NCBI GenBank assembly: GCA_013153965.1
Contig: JAADDJ010000016.1
Coordinates: 23,530-87,529, forward strand
Origin: Thermotogota bacterium
GTDB taxonomy: Bacteria > Hydrothermota > Hydrothermia > LBFQ01
Reading direction: 5' to 3'
Length of the DNA: 64,000 nt
Every line of letters starts with the position of its first letter. Position 1 is the first letter of the stretch. The translations under genes and the position numbers were made by a program. Positions 25,124-35,992 of this stretch are shown here, piece after piece. The notes under the pieces were generated by a model, which saw only the letters and a list, made by a program, of their open reading frames with translations, ran no database searches and was not told the origin of the DNA.

Positions 25124-28100
25124 TTAGGTTTCGGGCGTTTCCCTCTCCTCCTCCATCTCCTCAATCTCAAGGACGATCTTATCCATACGCCAGTCGGGGA
25201 ATCCGGTTCCGGCCGGTATCAGGTCTCCGATTATGACCCTCTCCTTCAGGCCCTTGAGGTTGTCCCTCTGCTTGCGGACGGCGGCCTCGGCGAGGACTCT
25301 GGGAGCTTCCTCAAAGGATGCTGCCGCGAGGAAGCTGTCGGTGGTGGCTGCCACCTTGCTTATACCCAGCAGTATAGGCTCGTACTTGGCCGGCTTGCCT
25401 CCCCGGGCTGCCACCTTCCTGTTCTCCTCAAGGACACGACTTAAGTCGACTATCTGCTCGGGCAGGAACATGGTATTGCCACCATCAACGATGCGCACCC
25501 TCCTCAGCATCTGGCGAATTATGATCTCTATGTGCTTGTCGTTTATGCGCACGCCCGAGACACGATAGACCTTCTGGATCTCCTCAAGCAGGTACTCGGC
25601 CGCGGCCTCCTTACCCTTGATGCGCAGGATGTCCTTGGGGGATATGTCGCCCTCTATCAGCTTGTCCATAGCCTCAACCCGATCACCCTTGGAGACGAGG
25701 AGGTACTCGCCGTACTTCACCTGATAGACCTGACGGGTTCCGTCATCGTGGCGGATTATTATCTTGATTATGCCTCTCCGGTCATCTATCTCTATGTCCT
25801 CCACGACGCCATCCTTCTCCACTATGACGGCGCTGTTCTTGGGGACACGAGCCTCAAACAGCTCCTCAACCTTCGGGAGTCCTCCGGTGATGTCTCTGGT
25901 CTTGTATATGAGCCTCGGCACCCTCGCTATCACCTCTCCGGGATTGACGTAGGGATTGCCCATTCCCTTGAAGATCTCGTAGGCCTTCTTGGTCAGGCGG
26001 GCGTCGTTCGCCAGAGGTATCACCTCCAGAACCTCACCGGTCTCGGGATCTATGACCTTGGCCTTCGGGTACAGGCGACGATGCCTGACGACCTCAACCA
26101 CGTACTCCAAGGTGGTACCCTGCAGATCCTCCTTCAGGGATACGCCCTCCACCAGACCCTCAAATACGAGTTTTCCGGCCTTGGTCACGAGGATGGGCAT
26201 GGCGTAGAAGTCCCACTCGGCGAGGACGTCGCCCTTCTCAACCCTCTCACCATCCCCTACGTATATCTTGTAGCCGTACTCCAAGCCGTACTCCTTCTTC
26301 CGGCCCTTGCCCTCCAGTATGAGCTTGCCCTTACGGGATACGACCACCCAGCCGCCGTCGGGTTGCTCTATGGCCTTGACGTCCTTCCAGCGGATGACGC
26401 CGGGGAAGTGGGCGATGTGCTTGGACTCCCCGACTATACGCTCGGCGGCTCCACCGGTGTGCTTGGTTCGGAGGGTGAGCTGGGTTCCGGGCTCACCTAT
26501 GGACTGCGCTGCTATTATACCCACCGCCTCACCGGTATCCACCTTCTTGCCGGTGGCCAGATTCCTTCCGTAGCACCTGGCGCACACGCCGTGGGGAGCC
26601 TGACAGTGGAGGACGGAGCGTATCTTGACAGTCTCTATGCCCAAGTTCTCTATGAGCTTGGCCTTCTCCTCGGTTATCTCCTCACCGGATGGTACGATGA
26701 CCTCGTTGGTGACGGGATGATAGACGTTGAACAGGGTGTAGCGGCCCACTATGCGGTCCGACAGAGGCTCTATCACCGTCTCACCCTCCTTGAGGGCGCC
26801 CACCTCACGTCCCTGAATGGCCCCGCAGTCATCCATGGTTATGACCACCTCTTGGGCCGCATCTACGAGACGGCGGGTCAGGTATCCGGCATCGGCCGTC
26901 TTCATGGCCACGTCGGATAGACCCTTGCGGGCTCCGTGGGAGGAGATGAAGAACTCTATGGAGGAGAGTCCCTCCTTCAGGGAGGAAAGTACGGGCGTGG
27001 GTATGAGCTCTCCGGCCTGTCCCTTCTTGGCGGGCCTCGTCATCAGTCCCCTCATGGCGCCCAGCTGACGGGTCTGGTCTATGTTCCCTCGGGCTCCGGA
27101 CATCACCATCATGTAGAGGGGGTTGAAGCCGTTCTTATCCTTGCGGAGGTACTCCAGCATCTTCTCCGTCACCTCTTGGGTCACCTTCGTCCAAATGTCA
27201 AATATCCTCTGCTGCTTCTCGGCGTGGGTTATCTTGCCTTGAGCGTGCAGGCGCTCTATCTGCTCAATCTCCTTGAAGGCCCTCTTGATTATCTTCTCCT
27301 TCTCGGGCGGGACTATCACGTCATCAACGCCGAAGGTAACGCCGGACCACGCCGCCCACTTGAAGCCGAGGGTCTTCATATCATCAAGGAAGTGGGTGGT
27401 CTTCCACGTGCCCAACTTCTTGTATATCCGGCTGACGAGTCGGGATATGTCCCTCTTTCCGTACTCCCTGTTCAGGTCGGCAAACGTGAAATCCTCACCC
27501 CACATCTCCTCGGGGATGATGGAGGCGAAGACCACCCTACCGGCGACCGTGCGCACGAGATCGTACTTGGCGTCGTTGGTGGGATTGAAGGGATTTCCCG
27601 TGGTGGGCATGAGGACGTTTATCGGATCATTAACGTGAATGCTGCCGTTCTCAAGGGCAACGAGAACCTCGTAGGCCCCGGAGAATTTGGGTAGCTCCTC
27701 ATCCTTCTTATCCGTGGGTTTCTCCTTGGTCAGGTAGTTTATACCTATCACCATGTCCTGCGAGGCGGTTGCCAGGGGCCCTCCGTGGGCCGGGGATAGG
27801 ATGTTGTGGGGTGCCAGAAGCAGGGCGTAGGTCTCGGCTATGGCCTCCGGATGGATGGGCACGAAGACGGCCATCTGGTCCCCGTCAAAGTCGGCATTGT
27901 AGGCGGCGCAGACCAGAGGATGCAGCTTTATGGCGTACCCTTCCGTCAGCACCGGCTCAAAGGCCTGTATGGACACGCGGTGGAGCGTCGGGGCACGGTT
28001 CAGCATGACGGGGTAGTGCTTGGTGATGTCCAAGAGCAGCTCTATCGTCTGACGCCGCTTCTCCTTGATGAACTCGTACTTCTCGGAGCGCGTGTAGGCG

Positions 28101-29374
28101 AGGCCGGCCCTCTCCATCTTCTCCTCAAGCCACGGCTTGAAGAGCTCAAGGGCCATATCCTTCGGGAGTCCGACCTGATGGAGTTTGAGCTCGGGGCCGA
28201 CCACTATGACCGCGCGACCGGAGTAATCCACACGCTTACCCAGAAGGTTCCTACGCAGCAGCCCCTTCTTCCCACGCAGGTAGTCGGTCAGGGACTTGCG
28301 GCGCTGGCCGCTCCGGTTGGTGGAGGGGCGGCGGAGGCGGGAGTTGTCTATCAGGGCCTCAACCGCGTGCTTTATCTGTCGCTTCTCGTTGATTATCATC
28401 AGCTCAAATCCGCCCCTCTCGTATATCTGCTTCAGGCGATGGTTCCTGCGTATTACATCCCTGTAAAGGTCCGTCAGGTCGGTGTTGGCAAACTTTCCAC
28501 CCTCCAGAGGCAGGAGGGGGCGCAGGTCGGGTGGCAGGACGGGTATCACCTCAAGAACCATCCACGCCGGATTCTGACCCGAGAGTATGAAGGCCTCTAT
28601 TATCTTCAGGCGATTTATCAGACGCGTACGCTCGGTGGGGTTGGTGGTATTCATGAACTTGAGACGGGTATCCTTGTAGAGGGCCTCCAGACGGGTCGTC
28701 TTGGTACCGTTCGCGCTCTCCTCTATCGGCTCGTTGAGCTCCTCCAGAAGTTTCTTTATGGCCTCGGCACCCCATCCCGCGGCGAAGGAATCCGGTCCGA
28801 GGGTACTGATGAGCTTACGGTACTCCTCAACGGAGAGTACCTGACCCTTGCGCATGTGTATGGTGCGCGTTGAACCGTCGTCCATCTCTATCTTGACCGT
28901 GGGAGGGGCCTTCTTGGGATCAAGGATCACGTACGCGTCGTAATTTATTATCAGCTCAAACTTGCTCTTGGGAATTCCCAAGAGGGTGGGGATGATGTAG
29001 GGGGGCATCTTGTAGAACCAAGGATGGACTACGGGGGTGTTGAGAACGATGTACCCCATGCGCTCGCGGCGTACGTCGGACCTCGTCACCTCCACGCCGC
29101 ACCTGTCGCATATGACTCCCTCGTATCTCCTGCCCTTGAACTTACCGCAGGCGCACTCGTAGTCCTTGACCGGCCCGAAGATCTTCTGACAGTACAGTCC
29201 CCCCGGTTCGGGCTTGAGGGTCTTGTAGTTTATAGTCTCGGCGCTCTTTACCTCTCCGGCGCCGTACTCCCCCCTTTCGCGACCTTTCCTCTCCGCCTCC
29301 GACCAGAGCTTTATCTCCTCCGGGGAGGCCAGAGAGGCTATCACGGCCTTGATGGTCTTCCAAGTAGTTGCCAT
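25124..29374 (-). CDS. rpoC: DNA-directed RNA polymerase subunit beta'
   Basis: Zn finger CACGKF..CDRCGVEV, catalytic NADFDGDQMAV, trigger-loop region GEPGTQLTLRTKHTGG. The product is 1416 aa. Confidence 0.98.
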   Translation of the reverse strand: MATTWKTIKAVIASLASPEEIKLWSEAERKGRERGEYGAGEVKSAETINYKTLKPEPGGLYCQKIFGPVKDYECACGKFKGRRYEGVICDRCGVEVTRSDVRRERMGYIVLNTPVVHPWFYKMPPYIIPTLLGIPKSKFELIINYDAYVILDPKKAPPTVKIEMDDGSTRTIHMRKGQVLSVEEYRKLISTLGPDSFAAGWGAEAIKKLLEELNEPIEESANGTKTTRLEALYKDTRLKFMNTTNPTERTRLINRLKIIEAFILSGQNPAWMVLEVIPVLPPDLRPLLPLEGGKFANTDLTDLYRDVIRRNHRLKQIYERGGFELMIINEKRQIKHAVEALIDNSRLRRPSTNRSGQRRKSLTDYLRGKKGLLRRNLLGKRVDYSGRAVIVVGPELKLHQVGLPKDMALELFKPWLEEKMERAGLAYTRSEKYEFIKEKRRQTIELLLDITKHYPVMLNRAPTLHRVSIQAFEPVLTEGYAIKLHPLVCAAYNADFDGDQMAVFVPIHPEAIAETYALLLAPHNILSPAHGGPLATASQDMVIGINYLTKEKPTDKKDEELPKFSGAYEVLVALENGSIHVNDPINVLMPTTGNPFNPTNDAKYDLVRTVAGRVVFASIIPEEMWGEDFTFADLNREYGKRDISRLVSRIYKKLGTWKTTHFLDDMKTLGFKWAAWSGVTFGVDDVIVPPEKEKIIKRAFKEIEQIERLHAQGKITHAEKQQRIFDIWTKVTQEVTEKMLEYLRKDKNGFNPLYMMVMSGARGNIDQTRQLGAMRGLMTRPAKKGQAGELIPTPVLSSLKEGLSSIEFFISSHGARKGLSDVAMKTADAGYLTRRLVDAAQEVVITMDDCGAIQGREVGALKEGETVIEPLSDRIVGRYTLFNVYHPVTNEVIVPSGEEITEEKAKLIENLGIETVKIRSVLHCQAPHGVCARCYGRNLATGKKVDTGEAVGIIAAQSIGEPGTQLTLRTKHTGGAAERIVGESKHIAHFPGVIRWKDVKAIEQPDGGWVVVSRKGKLILEGKGRKKEYGLEYGYKIYVGDGERVEKGDVLAEWDFYAMPILVTKAGKLVFEGLVEGVSLKEDLQGTTLEYVVEVVRHRRLYPKAKVIDPETGEVLEVIPLANDARLTKKAYEIFKGMGNPYVNPGEVIARVPRLIYKTRDITGGLPKVEELFEARVPKNSAVIVEKDGVVEDIEIDDRRGIIKIIIRHDDGTRQVYQVKYGEYLLVSKGDRVEAMDKLIEGDISPKDILRIKGKEAAAEYLLEEIQKVYRVSGVRINDKHIEIIIRQMLRRVRIVDGGNTMFLPEQIVDLSRVLEENRKVAARGGKPAKYEPILLGISKVAATTDSFLAAASFEEAPRVLAEAAVRKQRDNLKGLKERVIIGDLIPAGTGFPDWRMDKIVLEIEEMEEERETPET

Positions 29375-29384
29375 GTCTCCCCCT

Positions 29385-32300
29385 TTACTTTTCTTCGTCC
29401 TTTTCCATCTTCAAGTCAATCGCGAGCGCCTTCAGGAACTTGGTGAGGACTTGGAACGTCGCGGGGGTGGAGGGTAGGGGTGGCTCGGTTCCCTCGCGTA
29501 TGGCCTTGTAGGTTTGGACCCTACCCTTTATGTCGTCGGACTTGATGGTGAGCATCTCCCACAGGGCGTAGGCGGAGCCGTGAGCTTCCAAGGCCCACAC
29601 CTCCATCTCTCCGAACCTCTGACCACCCATGTGGGCGCGCCCACCGACGGGCTGCTGGGTTATCAGGGAGTAGGGTCCAGTTGAGCGGGCGTGTATCTTG
29701 TCCTCGGCCATGTGTATGAGCTTCATTATGTACATGGAGCCGACGGTAACCGGATAGTCCAGATACTCGCCGGTGCGTCCGTCCCTAAGGCGCATCTTAC
29801 CCTCCTCATTCAAACCCGCCAGCTTGAGCTGCTCCTTGACCTGCTCCACGGTCAAGCTCTGGAAGGCGGGAGCCGCGTACTTTATCCCCCTGCTGGCGAG
29901 CTGCTGGGCGAAGTAAAGGAGATCCTCCTTCTCCGCCTCCTTTATCCACCTCTTGAGATCCTCATCCCTGTGGGGCTCGTAGAGCTTGAGGAGGAACTGC
30001 CTTATCTCGGATATGGGAGCGCGGGTCTCCAACAGGTGCTTCAGCTTCTCCGTGTTCTTTATGGCGGCGTATCCGAGGATGGTCTCCAGAATCTGACCGA
30101 AGTTCATACGTGAGGGGACACCCAAGGGGTTGAGGACCACATCCACAGGCGTTCCATCCTCCATGAAGGGCATATCGGCGCGCGGCGCTATTATGGATAT
30201 GACACCCTTGTTCCCGTGGCGACCGGCGAGCTTGTCGCCCACCTTTATCTTGCGCTTCTGCGCTATATAGACCTTTATCACCTGCCTCACGCCGGCGGGA
30301 AGGTCATCGCCGCGGCGTATCATGGCCAGCCCCTCATCGTACTCGGTTATGAGGGCGCTGTAGGCCTCCTGACCGTCCTCTATGGTCTTTATGACCTCGC
30401 TCTCCACGTCCTTATCCTCAAACGTACCCTCATCTACGACGAGTTTGAGAGGGTCAACGTTCTGGAGGAAGTCAAGGGTTATCTCCTCCCCCTCCTTCAG
30501 GACCACCTCAAGCTCGCCACCCTTGCGGATCCTTATGGGCTTAAGGACCTTGTGGCCCAAGGCTATAGACAGGGACTCCCTCAGGGTGGCGCGCAGGTCG
30601 TTTATCTTCAGGTTTATCTCGTCAAGGAGCTTCTTCTGGCGGGGACCTATGGGTCTGTCCTCCGGTATGGGTTGGTCCGGACGCACGCTGTCATCAACGT
30701 AGAGCTCACCCGGTATGAAGTTGCCCTCCTTGTCGTTCATCCCGAAGGCTATGGGGTCATCCGGCAGAGCCCTCGTCAGTATCTCAACGCCTATAACCGT
30801 TCCATAGACGCTGGGAGGAACGCGCAGGGACGTATTCTTCCAAGGTCTGGACTTTTCACCGAATATGGACATGAGGAGTTTCTCCTCGGGCGAGAGCTCG
30901 CTGAACTTCTTCTCCTCACGAGGCGTATTCTTACCCACCAGAATATCCCGCGGGGCCACCTTGGTACCTATGCGGGCTATCCCGTACTCATCCAGATGAC
31001 GCAGACGGGACGGATTCTCCTTGTAAGGCTCGGGGGTGACCTTCTCCGGCCCGAGTCGGGTATCCAGCACCTCGGCGGTGAATTCCAAGATGTGGAAGGA
31101 TGTCAGGAGGTCGTCAATCACGAGCCTGTCGGAGACGACTATGGCGTCCTCAAAGTTGTACCCGTACCACGGCATGAAGGCCACCGTGAGATTCCTACCC
31201 AAGGAGATCTCACCCCCGACCGAGGAGAGATTCTCCGCGAGGATATCCCCCTTCTTCACCTTCTGGCCCTTCTTGACCTTGGGAACGTAGTGTATTATGG
31301 TGTTCTGACCGGAGCGCTCAAAGACGCGAAGGTTGTAGGTCTTGAGGTTGAACTTGGCCCCCTCGGGGCGTATCATTATCTTGCTGTAATCAACGTAGGC
31401 GACCTCACCATCCTCCTCGGCCACGACCACGGCGCCGCTGTCCCGGGCTATCTTCTCCTCCATGCCGGTTCCTATGAGGGGAGCCTCGGGGTTGAGGAGG
31501 GGAACGGCCTGACGCTGCATGTTGGAGCCCATCAGGGCACGGTTGGCGTCGTCGTACTCAAGGAAGGGTATCAGGGAGGTTGAGGGAGAGATTATCTGGC
31601 GCGGCGAGAGGTCTATGTAATCCACGTGATCCCTATCCACGAAGATGTAGTTCCGCCTGTGGCGCACGATTATGTTCTTCGCCTTCTTTATGAGCTTGGT
31701 GCGAGGATGTATCTCCAAATCGGCGGGGGCTATACGCAGGTCGTAATCCTCGTGGGGGGCCACGTATCTGACCTCATTCGTGACCCGTCCGTTCTTGACC
31801 TTCACGATAGGCGTCTCCAGAAAGCCGAGCTCGTTTATGCGGGCATAGACGGTGGGCGAGAGAATCAGACCGATATTCTGACCCTCGGGCGTCTCTATCG
31901 GGCATATACGGCCGTAGTGGGAGGGATGCACGTCGCGCACCTCCAGAGTGGCCGTCTCGCGCGTGAGACCGCCTTTACCGAGGGCGGATATGCGGCGCTT
32001 GTTCGTGAGCTCGGAGAGGGGATTCGTCTGATCCAAGAGCTGGGACAGGCTGTTCTGGGTGAAGAAGGATACCACAGATCGCGAGACTATCTTCGGATGC
32101 ACTATCTTACGCAGGGAGCTCTCCTCGTCTATGAGCTTCTCACGGATACCCTTGGAAGTTCTCATGAACTCGGCGCGCACCGCCTCGTAGAGCTGCTCAC
32201 CCACCCGCTTTATACGTCTGTGGGCGAGGTCATCTATGTCGTCCTCCTCGCCCTCACCCCTGTAGAGGTTTATGAGCTCCCGGAGGGCCACTATGAAGTC

Positions 32301-33827
32301 CTCATGGGTAAAGTGCTCGGTGTCCTCGCTCGGCACACCGTATCCCTCAAGATCCTGCAGGTGTTTCTCAAAGTTGAGGCGCGCGTTTATCTTGTAGCGC
32401 CCGACCCTGCCGAGGAAGGTCTTATCCGGCGAGAAGAAGTAGGCCCTCAAGAACTCCTCCGCGGTCTCCAAGGTGGAGGATGAGAAGCGGATGGTGCGGT
32501 ATATGAAGCGGATGGCCTCATCCTTGGTGCGCATCTTGTCGTCGCGGAGGGCCTTGTATATGAGGGACACGGCCGGATCCTTGGGGTCATAGACCTTTAC
32601 GGTCGTTATGCGGTGCTCCTTGAGGATCTCTATCACCTGCTCGTCTATTATCGTGGGCTCTACGTTCCTGTCCTTCTTGGACTCCTTGAACATGGGGACT
32701 ATGATCTCCCCATCCTCACTGACGACATCCTCGGCCAGTATGTAGCCTTCGGCCTCGGATATGGAAACCTCCTTCGCTATGTGGCCTATGGCGACCTTCA
32801 CTATCTGGCGTGGGGTCTCCAACCCCATAAAACGCAGGAATCTCGTCAGATAGAACTTGCGTTTCCTTAGGACGAAGTATATCCCCTTGTCGCCCTCTAT
32901 GCGCAGCTCCATCCAAGGACCCCGGTAGGGTATGAGGAGGGCCTTGAATATCTTGTTCAACCCCTCCTCGTCTATGACGAAGTATATGCCGGGGGACCTG
33001 TGTATCTGGCTTATGACCACCCTCTCAACGCCCTGAACCACGAAGGTTCCTCTCTCCGTCATGTAGGGGATGTCGGTAAAGTAAACGATGTCCTCCCGCT
33101 CCTCCTCCAGCATACCGCTCTCATCAAATACCCTCTCCACGACCCGTATGTGGATGGGTACGGAGTAGTTAAGGTCCTTCTTGAGGGCATCCTCGGCCGA
33201 CCTCACGGGCCTGCCGACCTTGTAGTCGTAGTACTCTATCTCAACCCGACCCGACGTGCTCTGTATGGGGAATATCTCACGGAATATCTGGTGGAGGCTC
33301 GTCCGGGAGCGGGGATCCGAATGGTCAAAGAACGACTCCTCAACCTCGTATCGCAGGGAGCCGAGCTTGTCGGATACCGCCTCCTTGAAGGCCTCCACGG
33401 AATCCCGGGATAGACCCACGAAACCCACCTTCGCCTTGTACGGGCGTATGTATTGGGAGACCAGCTCCAGAATGAAGGAGATGTCCTCCTTACTGTAAGT
33501 GCGTTTGGGTAGGATAATGTAGTGCTGTTGAGGTTTGGGAATGTCCTCCCTTATGACGCCCTCACCGAACCGCTCGCGGAGGATGCTCTCAATCTCCTTG
33601 GCCTTCTCGTACCTCTCGCTCGTCTTACCCTCCGCCACCTTTATGGCCAGAGCGAATCTGTCGGTGAAGTCTCGGATGAAGTTCAAAAGCGGAGTCCCCG
33701 CAACGACGGGACTCCAAAGCACGTTGAACCTCTCGGCCAGAAAGTCGTCGTACGACTTGAGCTGCAGGGCCAAGAGGTACGGTATATCCTTTTCCTCTAT
33801 CTTGCCTATCCTCACGGGTTCAACCAT
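29385..33827 (-). CDS. rpoB: DNA-directed RNA polymerase subunit beta (with large N-terminal insertion)
   Basis: Motifs RVVISQIHRSPGIYF, GRHGNKGVIS, PEDMPF-like RADMPFMEDGTPVDVVLNPLGVPSRMN, GGQRFGEMEVWALEAHGSAY. SD is CAGGAGGGGGAC-ATG. The product is 1480 aa. Confidence 0.98.
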   Translation of the reverse strand: MVEPVRIGKIEEKDIPYLLALQLKSYDDFLAERFNVLWSPVVAGTPLLNFIRDFTDRFALAIKVAEGKTSERYEKAKEIESILRERFGEGVIREDIPKPQQHYIILPKRTYSKEDISFILELVSQYIRPYKAKVGFVGLSRDSVEAFKEAVSDKLGSLRYEVEESFFDHSDPRSRTSLHQIFREIFPIQSTSGRVEIEYYDYKVGRPVRSAEDALKKDLNYSVPIHIRVVERVFDESGMLEEEREDIVYFTDIPYMTERGTFVVQGVERVVISQIHRSPGIYFVIDEEGLNKIFKALLIPYRGPWMELRIEGDKGIYFVLRKRKFYLTRFLRFMGLETPRQIVKVAIGHIAKEVSISEAEGYILAEDVVSEDGEIIVPMFKESKKDRNVEPTIIDEQVIEILKEHRITTVKVYDPKDPAVSLIYKALRDDKMRTKDEAIRFIYRTIRFSSSTLETAEEFLRAYFFSPDKTFLGRVGRYKINARLNFEKHLQDLEGYGVPSEDTEHFTHEDFIVALRELINLYRGEGEEDDIDDLAHRRIKRVGEQLYEAVRAEFMRTSKGIREKLIDEESSLRKIVHPKIVSRSVVSFFTQNSLSQLLDQTNPLSELTNKRRISALGKGGLTRETATLEVRDVHPSHYGRICPIETPEGQNIGLILSPTVYARINELGFLETPIVKVKNGRVTNEVRYVAPHEDYDLRIAPADLEIHPRTKLIKKAKNIIVRHRRNYIFVDRDHVDYIDLSPRQIISPSTSLIPFLEYDDANRALMGSNMQRQAVPLLNPEAPLIGTGMEEKIARDSGAVVVAEEDGEVAYVDYSKIMIRPEGAKFNLKTYNLRVFERSGQNTIIHYVPKVKKGQKVKKGDILAENLSSVGGEISLGRNLTVAFMPWYGYNFEDAIVVSDRLVIDDLLTSFHILEFTAEVLDTRLGPEKVTPEPYKENPSRLRHLDEYGIARIGTKVAPRDILVGKNTPREEKKFSELSPEEKLLMSIFGEKSRPWKNTSLRVPPSVYGTVIGVEILTRALPDDPIAFGMNDKEGNFIPGELYVDDSVRPDQPIPEDRPIGPRQKKLLDEINLKINDLRATLRESLSIALGHKVLKPIRIRKGGELEVVLKEGEEITLDFLQNVDPLKLVVDEGTFEDKDVESEVIKTIEDGQEAYSALITEYDEGLAMIRRGDDLPAGVRQVIKVYIAQKRKIKVGDKLAGRHGNKGVISIIAPRADMPFMEDGTPVDVVLNPLGVPSRMNFGQILETILGYAAIKNTEKLKHLLETRAPISEIRQFLLKLYEPHRDEDLKRWIKEAEKEDLLYFAQQLASRGIKYAAPAFQSLTVEQVKEQLKLAGLNEEGKMRLRDGRTGEYLDYPVTVGSMYIMKLIHMAEDKIHARSTGPYSLITQQPVGGRAHMGGQRFGEMEVWALEAHGSAYALWEMLTIKSDDIKGRVQTYKAIREGTEPPLPSTPATFQVLTKFLKALAIDLKMEKDEEK

Positions 33828-33853
33828 GTCCCCCTCCTGTTAAACGCCAAAGA

Positions 33854-33880
33854 GGGGGGACCCACCACGGGGTCGCCCCC
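33854..33880 (-). terminator. rplL-rpoB intergenic hairpin (attenuator-like)
   Basis: The minus strand reads GGGGGCGACCC-cgtggt-GGGTCCCCCCC (10 of 11 bp paired), then TCTTTGGCGTTT. The position matches the known E. coli rplL-rpoB attenuator. Confidence 0.45.
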
Positions 33881-33899
33881 TGTAGCCTCGTGCGCGGTT

Positions 33900-34289
33900 T
33901 TACTTGAGCTCAACCTTGGCTCCGGCCGCCTCAAACTTCTTCTTGATCTCCTCGGCCTCCTCCTTGGAGACGCCCTCTTTGATGACCTTGGGCAGATTCT
34001 CTATCATCTCCTTGGCCTCCTTCAGCCCGACGCCGGTGACCTCACGGATGACCTTGAGGGCCTTTATCTTGTTGTCTATGGCCGTCAGCACGACGTCAAA
34101 GGAGGTCTTCTCCTCCTCCTGCGCCTCGGCACCGGCGGCGGCACCGGGAACGGCGGCCACGGCCACGGGAGCGGCCGCGCTCACGCCGAACTTGTCCTCA
34201 AGAGCCTTGACAAGCTCGGCGAGCTCCAAAACGGTCAGCTGCTCAATTGCGGCTACTATCTCCTCCACGGAAAGCTTCTTCTCGGTCAT
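33900..34289 (-). CDS. rplL: 50S ribosomal protein L7/L12
   Basis: [31 protein letters not shown], an Ala/Glu-rich hinge, and the C-terminal domain [21 protein letters not shown]. Confidence 0.97.
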   Translation of the reverse strand: MTEKKLSVEEIVAAIEQLTVLELAELVKALEDKFGVSAAAPVAVAAVPGAAAGAEAQEEEKTSFDVVLTAIDNKIKALKVIREVTGVGLKEAKEMIENLPKVIKEGVSKEEAEEIKKKFEAAGAKVELK

Positions 34290-34291
34290 CT

Positions 34292-34816
34292 TTAACCCTC
34301 CTTTTCTTTCTTTTCCTTTATGGCGTTAAGCGCATACACCAAGTTCCTCATCACACCGCTCAGGACCCCCACTATGCCGTAGAGCGGAGCGGCGACGGCT
34401 CCCACAACTTGAGCCCGCAGCTCCTGCGTTGAAGGCAACTTGGAGAGACGCACGACCTCATCCTTGCTGAGGAGTTGGCCGTGCATTATGGCGGCCTTGA
34501 ACTCACCCTTCTCCGTCTCCTTGGAGAAGTCGGCGAATATCTTCACCGGCTCAACCTCGTCGGAGAAGGACACTATTATGGCCGTGGGACCAACCAGGAC
34601 ATCTACGATCTCGGGTATCCTGTCCTGAAAGGCGAGCTTCATCAGGTTGTTCTTGACGACCTTGACGACGTAGCCCTTCTCCTTAAGCTGCTTGCGAAGG
34701 TCGTTCATCTCCGCCACGGTGAGGCCCTTGAAGTCAAACAGTGCTATCATCGTAGCCTCCTCGCCCCACTGGCGGAGTTGTTCAAGCATCTTGGTCTTCC
34801 ACGCTCTCGTCTTCAT
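34292..34816 (-). CDS. rplJ: 50S ribosomal protein L10
   Basis: [30 protein letters not shown] and its position between rplA and rplL. Confidence 0.95.
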   Translation of the reverse strand: MKTRAWKTKMLEQLRQWGEEATMIALFDFKGLTVAEMNDLRKQLKEKGYVVKVVKNNLMKLAFQDRIPEIVDVLVGPTAIIVSFSDEVEPVKIFADFSKETEKGEFKAAIMHGQLLSKDEVVRLSKLPSTQELRAQVVGAVAAPLYGIVGVLSGVMRNLVYALNAIKEKKEKEG

Positions 34817-35538
34817 ACCTTAACCCCCCTCTTGCGCAGTTCGTTTATGACGTCATTGAGATCCACCTTGACGGAGGGGCCCATGGTGGTGGTCAGATAC
34901 ACGGACTTGAAGAGGGAGCCCTTCACCCCCTGAGGGCGATTCCGGGCTATCTCCTCAAGGACGGTCATGGCGTTCTCGTACAGCTGCTCCGGCGTGAAGT
35001 TGGTCTTGCCTATTATCACATGCACGTTGCCCGTCTTGTCGTTGCGTATCTCTATGCGACCCTTCTTGAGCTCGCGCACCACGTCCCCCACGTTCTGGGT
35101 GACGGTGCCCGTCTTGGGGCTGGGCATGAGTCCCCTCGGACCGAGGATGCGACCCAACTTACCCACCTCCCTCATCGCCTCCGGGGTCGCGACGACCGCG
35201 TCAAACTCCAACCAACCCTGCTTGATCTTCTCTATGTAATCCTTGAAACCCACGTAGTCGGCACCGGCCTCCTTCGCCTCCTTCTCCTTCTCCGGGTCGC
35301 TCGTGAGGACGAGAACCCTGACCTTCCTACCCGTACCGTGCGGGAGAACCACGGGGATACGGATGTTCTGCTCGGGCTTGCGGGGGTCTATGTTCAGCCG
35401 GGCGTGAAGCTCAACCGATTCGGTGAATCGGGCGCTCTGGAACTTGCGCACTATATCCACGGCCTCCTTGAGGGGATAGGCCTTGCTCGGGTCGTACATC
35501 TCCAAGAGCTTGCGGTATCTCTTACCCACCTTAGCCAT
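34813..35538 (-). CDS. rplA: 50S ribosomal protein L1
   Basis: Motifs KFTESVELHARLNIDPRK..IRIPVVLPHGTGR..LGPRGLMPSPKTGTVT. Confidence 0.97.
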   Translation of the reverse strand: MAKVGKRYRKLLEMYDPSKAYPLKEAVDIVRKFQSARFTESVELHARLNIDPRKPEQNIRIPVVLPHGTGRKVRVLVLTSDPEKEKEAKEAGADYVGFKDYIEKIKQGWLEFDAVVATPEAMREVGKLGRILGPRGLMPSPKTGTVTQNVGDVVRELKKGRIEIRNDKTGNVHVIIGKTNFTPEQLYENAMTVLEEIARNRPQGVKGSLFKSVYLTTTMGPSVKVDLNDVINELRKRGVKV

Positions 35539-35539
35539 G

Positions 35540-35980
35540 CTATCCCTCCACTATCTTTATGCCCATGCTCCGGGCCGTACCCTCTATCATGCGAACGGCG
35601 GCGTCTATGTCCGTGGTGTTCAGGTCTTTCATCTTCTGCTTGGCTATCTCCACGACCTGGGAGCGTTTGACGGTGCCAACTATCTGTTTGCCGGGCTCGC
35701 TGGCACCCTTCTCCACGCCTGCGGCCTTCTTTAGAAGTACGGAGGCCGGTGGCGTTTTGAACTCCAGGTCAAACGTCCTGTCCTTGTATATCGTGATCAC
35801 GACCGGGATTATGAGCCCCATCTTATCACGGGTGGCATCGTTGAACTGCTTCACGAACTGCATCAGGTTGATGCCGTGGGGGCTCAAGGTCGGTCCCACG
35901 GGAGGCGCCGGCGAGGCCTGCCCCGCGGGCAGCTGGAGTTTCACTACAGCCACGACCTCCTTCTTCCTCTTCTTGGCCAT
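35540..35980 (-). CDS. rplK: 50S ribosomal protein L11
   Basis: Motifs [54 protein letters not shown]. Confidence 0.97.
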   Translation of the reverse strand: MAKKRKKEVVAVVKLQLPAGQASPAPPVGPTLSPHGINLMQFVKQFNDATRDKMGLIIPVVITIYKDRTFDLEFKTPPASVLLKKAAGVEKGASEPGKQIVGTVKRSQVVEIAKQKMKDLNTTDIDAAVRMIEGTARSMGIKIVEG

Positions 35981-35992
35981 CTTCTAACCTCC

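Noticed and set aside
25233-34329. Many long plus-strand ORFs (e.g. 25532-26920, 27806-28873, 30216-31583, 31626-32483, 33522-34295)
   Set aside because: They lie entirely antisense to rpoC, rpoB and rplL, whose identities are unambiguous. Their translations are low-complexity (L/G/V/H/Y-rich) with no recognisable motifs. They are shadow ORFs of a GC-rich genome.
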